DNA from: Octopus sinensis
Taxonomy: Eukaryota
Assembly (NCBI RefSeq): GCF_006345805.1
Contig: NW_021824690.1
Span: 1-36,451 of the forward strand
Direction of reading: 5' to 3'
DNA length: 36,451 bases
This document shows, one piece after another, positions 34,142 through 36,451 of the stretch. The position numbers and the translations under genes were made by a program. Numbering within the stretch: the first letter of the stretch is position 1; every line of letters starts with the position of its first letter. The notes beneath the pieces were generated by a model. The model was not told where the DNA came from. It worked only from the letters and a program-made list of their open reading frames with translations, and did not search any database.

Positions 34142-34953
34142 TGACGAAAGAAATGTCGAGTTTTAATTCGGCTAATCTAGAAACGTGAGCATTCTCAAAT
34201 AACCTTTGTACATGTGATATTTTGCTGTTTTCCCTCCATATCTACGTCAATTATTTTTGAGTAAACACTATGTGGGAGACTTTTCTTAAAGTAGTAGAAA
34301 TGGCTAAAAAAACTTTTTGGCTGCTATTTCTAAAAATTTCAGTATGTGGCAAAGTAAATTATTTTACTGAGCCCTAATTATATAACGTAATATTTTGAAT
34401 ATGCCTTGAATGGTCCTTTTACATACTGAACACTACTTGGTGAAATTAATTAATAATTAATTGATTTTACCCTTTATTATTGAATATACAATTCCTTTCT
34501 CCCTGTTCTTTACTGCAGTTCTCACCGTTATAATCTGTTTACTCTATAACTCATGTGGATGGAAGCGGGAAGAATATGAATCTTCACTCGTACTGTTTGA
34601 ATTTGCTGGCACTGGCAGTTTGGAGATGATTTGTCTGAGGTGATTCATATCAGACAGGTATGTTCAATTTTTAGTGCTTTCAAATCCAAATTAAGAAATG
34701 TTGAGCTGACGAAAGAAATGTTGAGTTTTAATTCGACTAATCAAGAAATGTGAGTGTTCTCAAATAATCTTTGTACATGTGATATTTTGTTGTTTTCCCT
34801 CCATATCTACGTGAATTATTTTTGAGTAAACACTATCGGGGAGACTTTTCTTAAAGTAGTAGAAATGGCTAAAAAACTTTTTGGCTGCTATTTCTAAAAA
34901 TTTCAGTATGTGGCAAAGTAAATTATTTTACTGAGCCCTAGTTATATAACGTA

Positions 34954-34965
<12 letters not shown>
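34142..34965 (+). mobile_element. ~1.5-mer tandem of a 565-bp HHR-bearing unit (retrozyme/pLTR-like)
   Basis: 34142-~34400 is repeated at 34707-~34960; an HHR core starts each copy. Confidence 0.7.
34701..34763 (+). ncRNA. Type I hammerhead fold (5'-clipped sister at 34142-34198)
   Basis: UUGAG-CUGACGA-stem II-GAAA-UG-UGAG-UG-UU/CUCAA. The two copies together imply the ancestral GAAACG-UGAG-CGUU. Confidence 0.6.
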
Positions 34966-34980
<15 letters not shown>

Positions 34981-34984
<4 letters not shown>

Positions 34985-35221
34985 TAAATTAGAGACAAAA
35001 CCACTATTAGGCAAATCAAACAATGAAAGACTTAAGCCAATACATATGATTAATTTATATTATTTAAATATGTAACAAATTATCAAAAAATATAATTAAT
35101 TAATATCCCACTATTTTTTGATAATTTGTTACTATTTAAATAATATAAATTAATCATATGTATTGGCTTAAGTCTTCATTGTTTGATTTGCCTAATAGTG
35201 GTTTTGTCTCTAATTTAATAT
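34981..35221. repeat. Foldback with ~110-bp arms and a 19-nt spacer
   Basis: 34981-35092 vs 35112-35221; only two 1-nt indels seen. Confidence 0.95.
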
Positions 35222-35653
35222 AATATAATATTTTACTATAAAATTGGATTCAATCATAATCTGATTTTTCCCTGTAAGTTTGGATTTATTCCCTAATATT
35301 TATTATTATTAATATATATATATATATAATATATAATATATATATATATAATACAAATATGTTTCAAAGAGAAAATAGAAACTACACGTGGAAAAGATAT
35401 GGAAAAAATGCACATTGAATATCAAAAAATAAAGGCTTTTTTTATGAATGCACATTCAAAGCCAGTGAACAGCAATGAAGACACCAGTTTGAATCCCTTC
35501 AACAATTCAGATAATGAATTTAATTCTCCTCTAATTCTACCTGAGTTCATCAAGTTGTATTTATTTATTGCTAAATTTTATAAAAAAGCCTTTATTTTTT
35601 ATATATTCAATGTGCATTTTTGTTTTTTTCTTCTTACTTTCCCTATACACACA

Positions 35654-35697
<44 letters not shown>

Positions 35698-35699
<2 letters not shown>

Positions 35700-36096
35700 T
35701 AGCAGTATCGCCCGGCGTTGCTCGGGTTTGTAAGGGAAAGCTATATAAGCATTTTTAGAGAGAATTATAGCCAAAAATAGCAAAAAATGCATTAAAATGG
35801 AAAAAGAATTATGGTAATTTTTTTTTAAATAAATCGTTGACTCATCGTAGACATTTTTAGAGAGTAACTTCCCTTATATAATAGAGAAAAAATGCATTAA
35901 AATGGAAAAAAAATGATGGTAAATTTTTTTTAAATAGTAGAATCATCGTAGACGCGCGCTAATACCCAGAAGGGCTCGCTATGAATCACAACTATAAGAT
36001 ACCCGGTTTTGGTTACACTGCACTCAAAATGTGGGAGTAGTTAGGAATCTAAATCGTAGGAGACAGACACACAACTTGACTTTTATATATAAAGAT
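35698..36096 (+). mobile_element. Helentron-associated (HINE-like) element
   Basis: 5' ACTAGCAGTATCGCCCGGCGTTGCTCGGG hairpin; 3' TTTTATATATAAAGAT; inserted in (TA)n; internal ~45-bp duplication. Confidence 0.7.
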
Positions 36097-36178
36097 ATAT
36101 ATATATATGTGTGTGTGTGGCATGATAGATCGTTAGCCACTACACACATTTTTTTCTCTCCTTGTTTTTTTCTGTGTA

Positions 36179-36216
36179 TCTTTCTGTAGAAGAGCGTAGG
36201 CTCGAAACGTAAAAGA
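36179..36216 (+). ncRNA. Minimal hammerhead-like fold with an A6U core variant
   Basis: UCUUU-CUGUAGA-A-GAGC-GUAG-GCUC-GAAAC-GUA/AAAGA. Confidence 0.55.
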
Positions 36217-36329
36217 CTTTTTCTATTCCTGAGCGCTATACTAATACATTTGTTTGTTTGTACTCCACCTGCCTTCGTCTTTTGTTTATTTTCGTAAACT
36301 TTCCCTATATGTATGTATGTATGTATTTG

Positions 36330-36451
36330 TGTGTCTGTGTTTGTCCCCCCCCCTCACCATCACTTGACAACTGATGCTGGTGGTGTTTATGTCTCTGTAA
36401 CTTAGCAGTTTGGCAAAAGAGAACCGATAGAATAAGTACTAGGCTTACAAA
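36330..36451 (+). mobile_element. Family A SINE 3' half, running off the window end
   Basis: CTTGACAAC...AACTTAGC...GATAGAATAAGTACTAGGCTTACAAA. Confidence 0.85.

Noticed and set aside
35399-35758. 119-aa ORF
   Set aside because: AT-rich low-complexity sequence running into (TA)n and a HINE start; no motif.

Overview
AT-rich eukaryotic intronic/intergenic DNA, probably from an octopod cephalopod (Octopus-like). This is my recognition of the SINE and RTE repeat families, not a database match. No host protein-coding gene is confidently identifiable, and most long ORFs in the track are microsatellite artefacts. Main contents: (1) a ~4.9 kb 5'-truncated RTE-clade LINE on the minus strand (APE+RT, PHD-like insert in the RT, four 1-nt frameshifts, 3'UTR amplified five-fold); (2) an older RTE RT relic and a Penelope-like GIY-YIG relic; (3) many tRNA-derived SINEs, piggyBac/mariner/hAT-like MITEs and Helentron-like elements, some nested; (4) unusually many inverted repeats, including a ~4 kb-arm inverted duplication (~24.2-33.0 kb) and a ~1.06 kb palindrome. 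The most striking unannotated signal is type-I hammerhead ribozyme (HHR) folds in about five unrelated small repeat families. One family has a tRNA-like Pol III head plus an HHR tail, and another has a retrozyme-like 565-bp tandem whose fragments sit at both inverted-duplication breakpoints. All folds were assigned by eye and none is tested.
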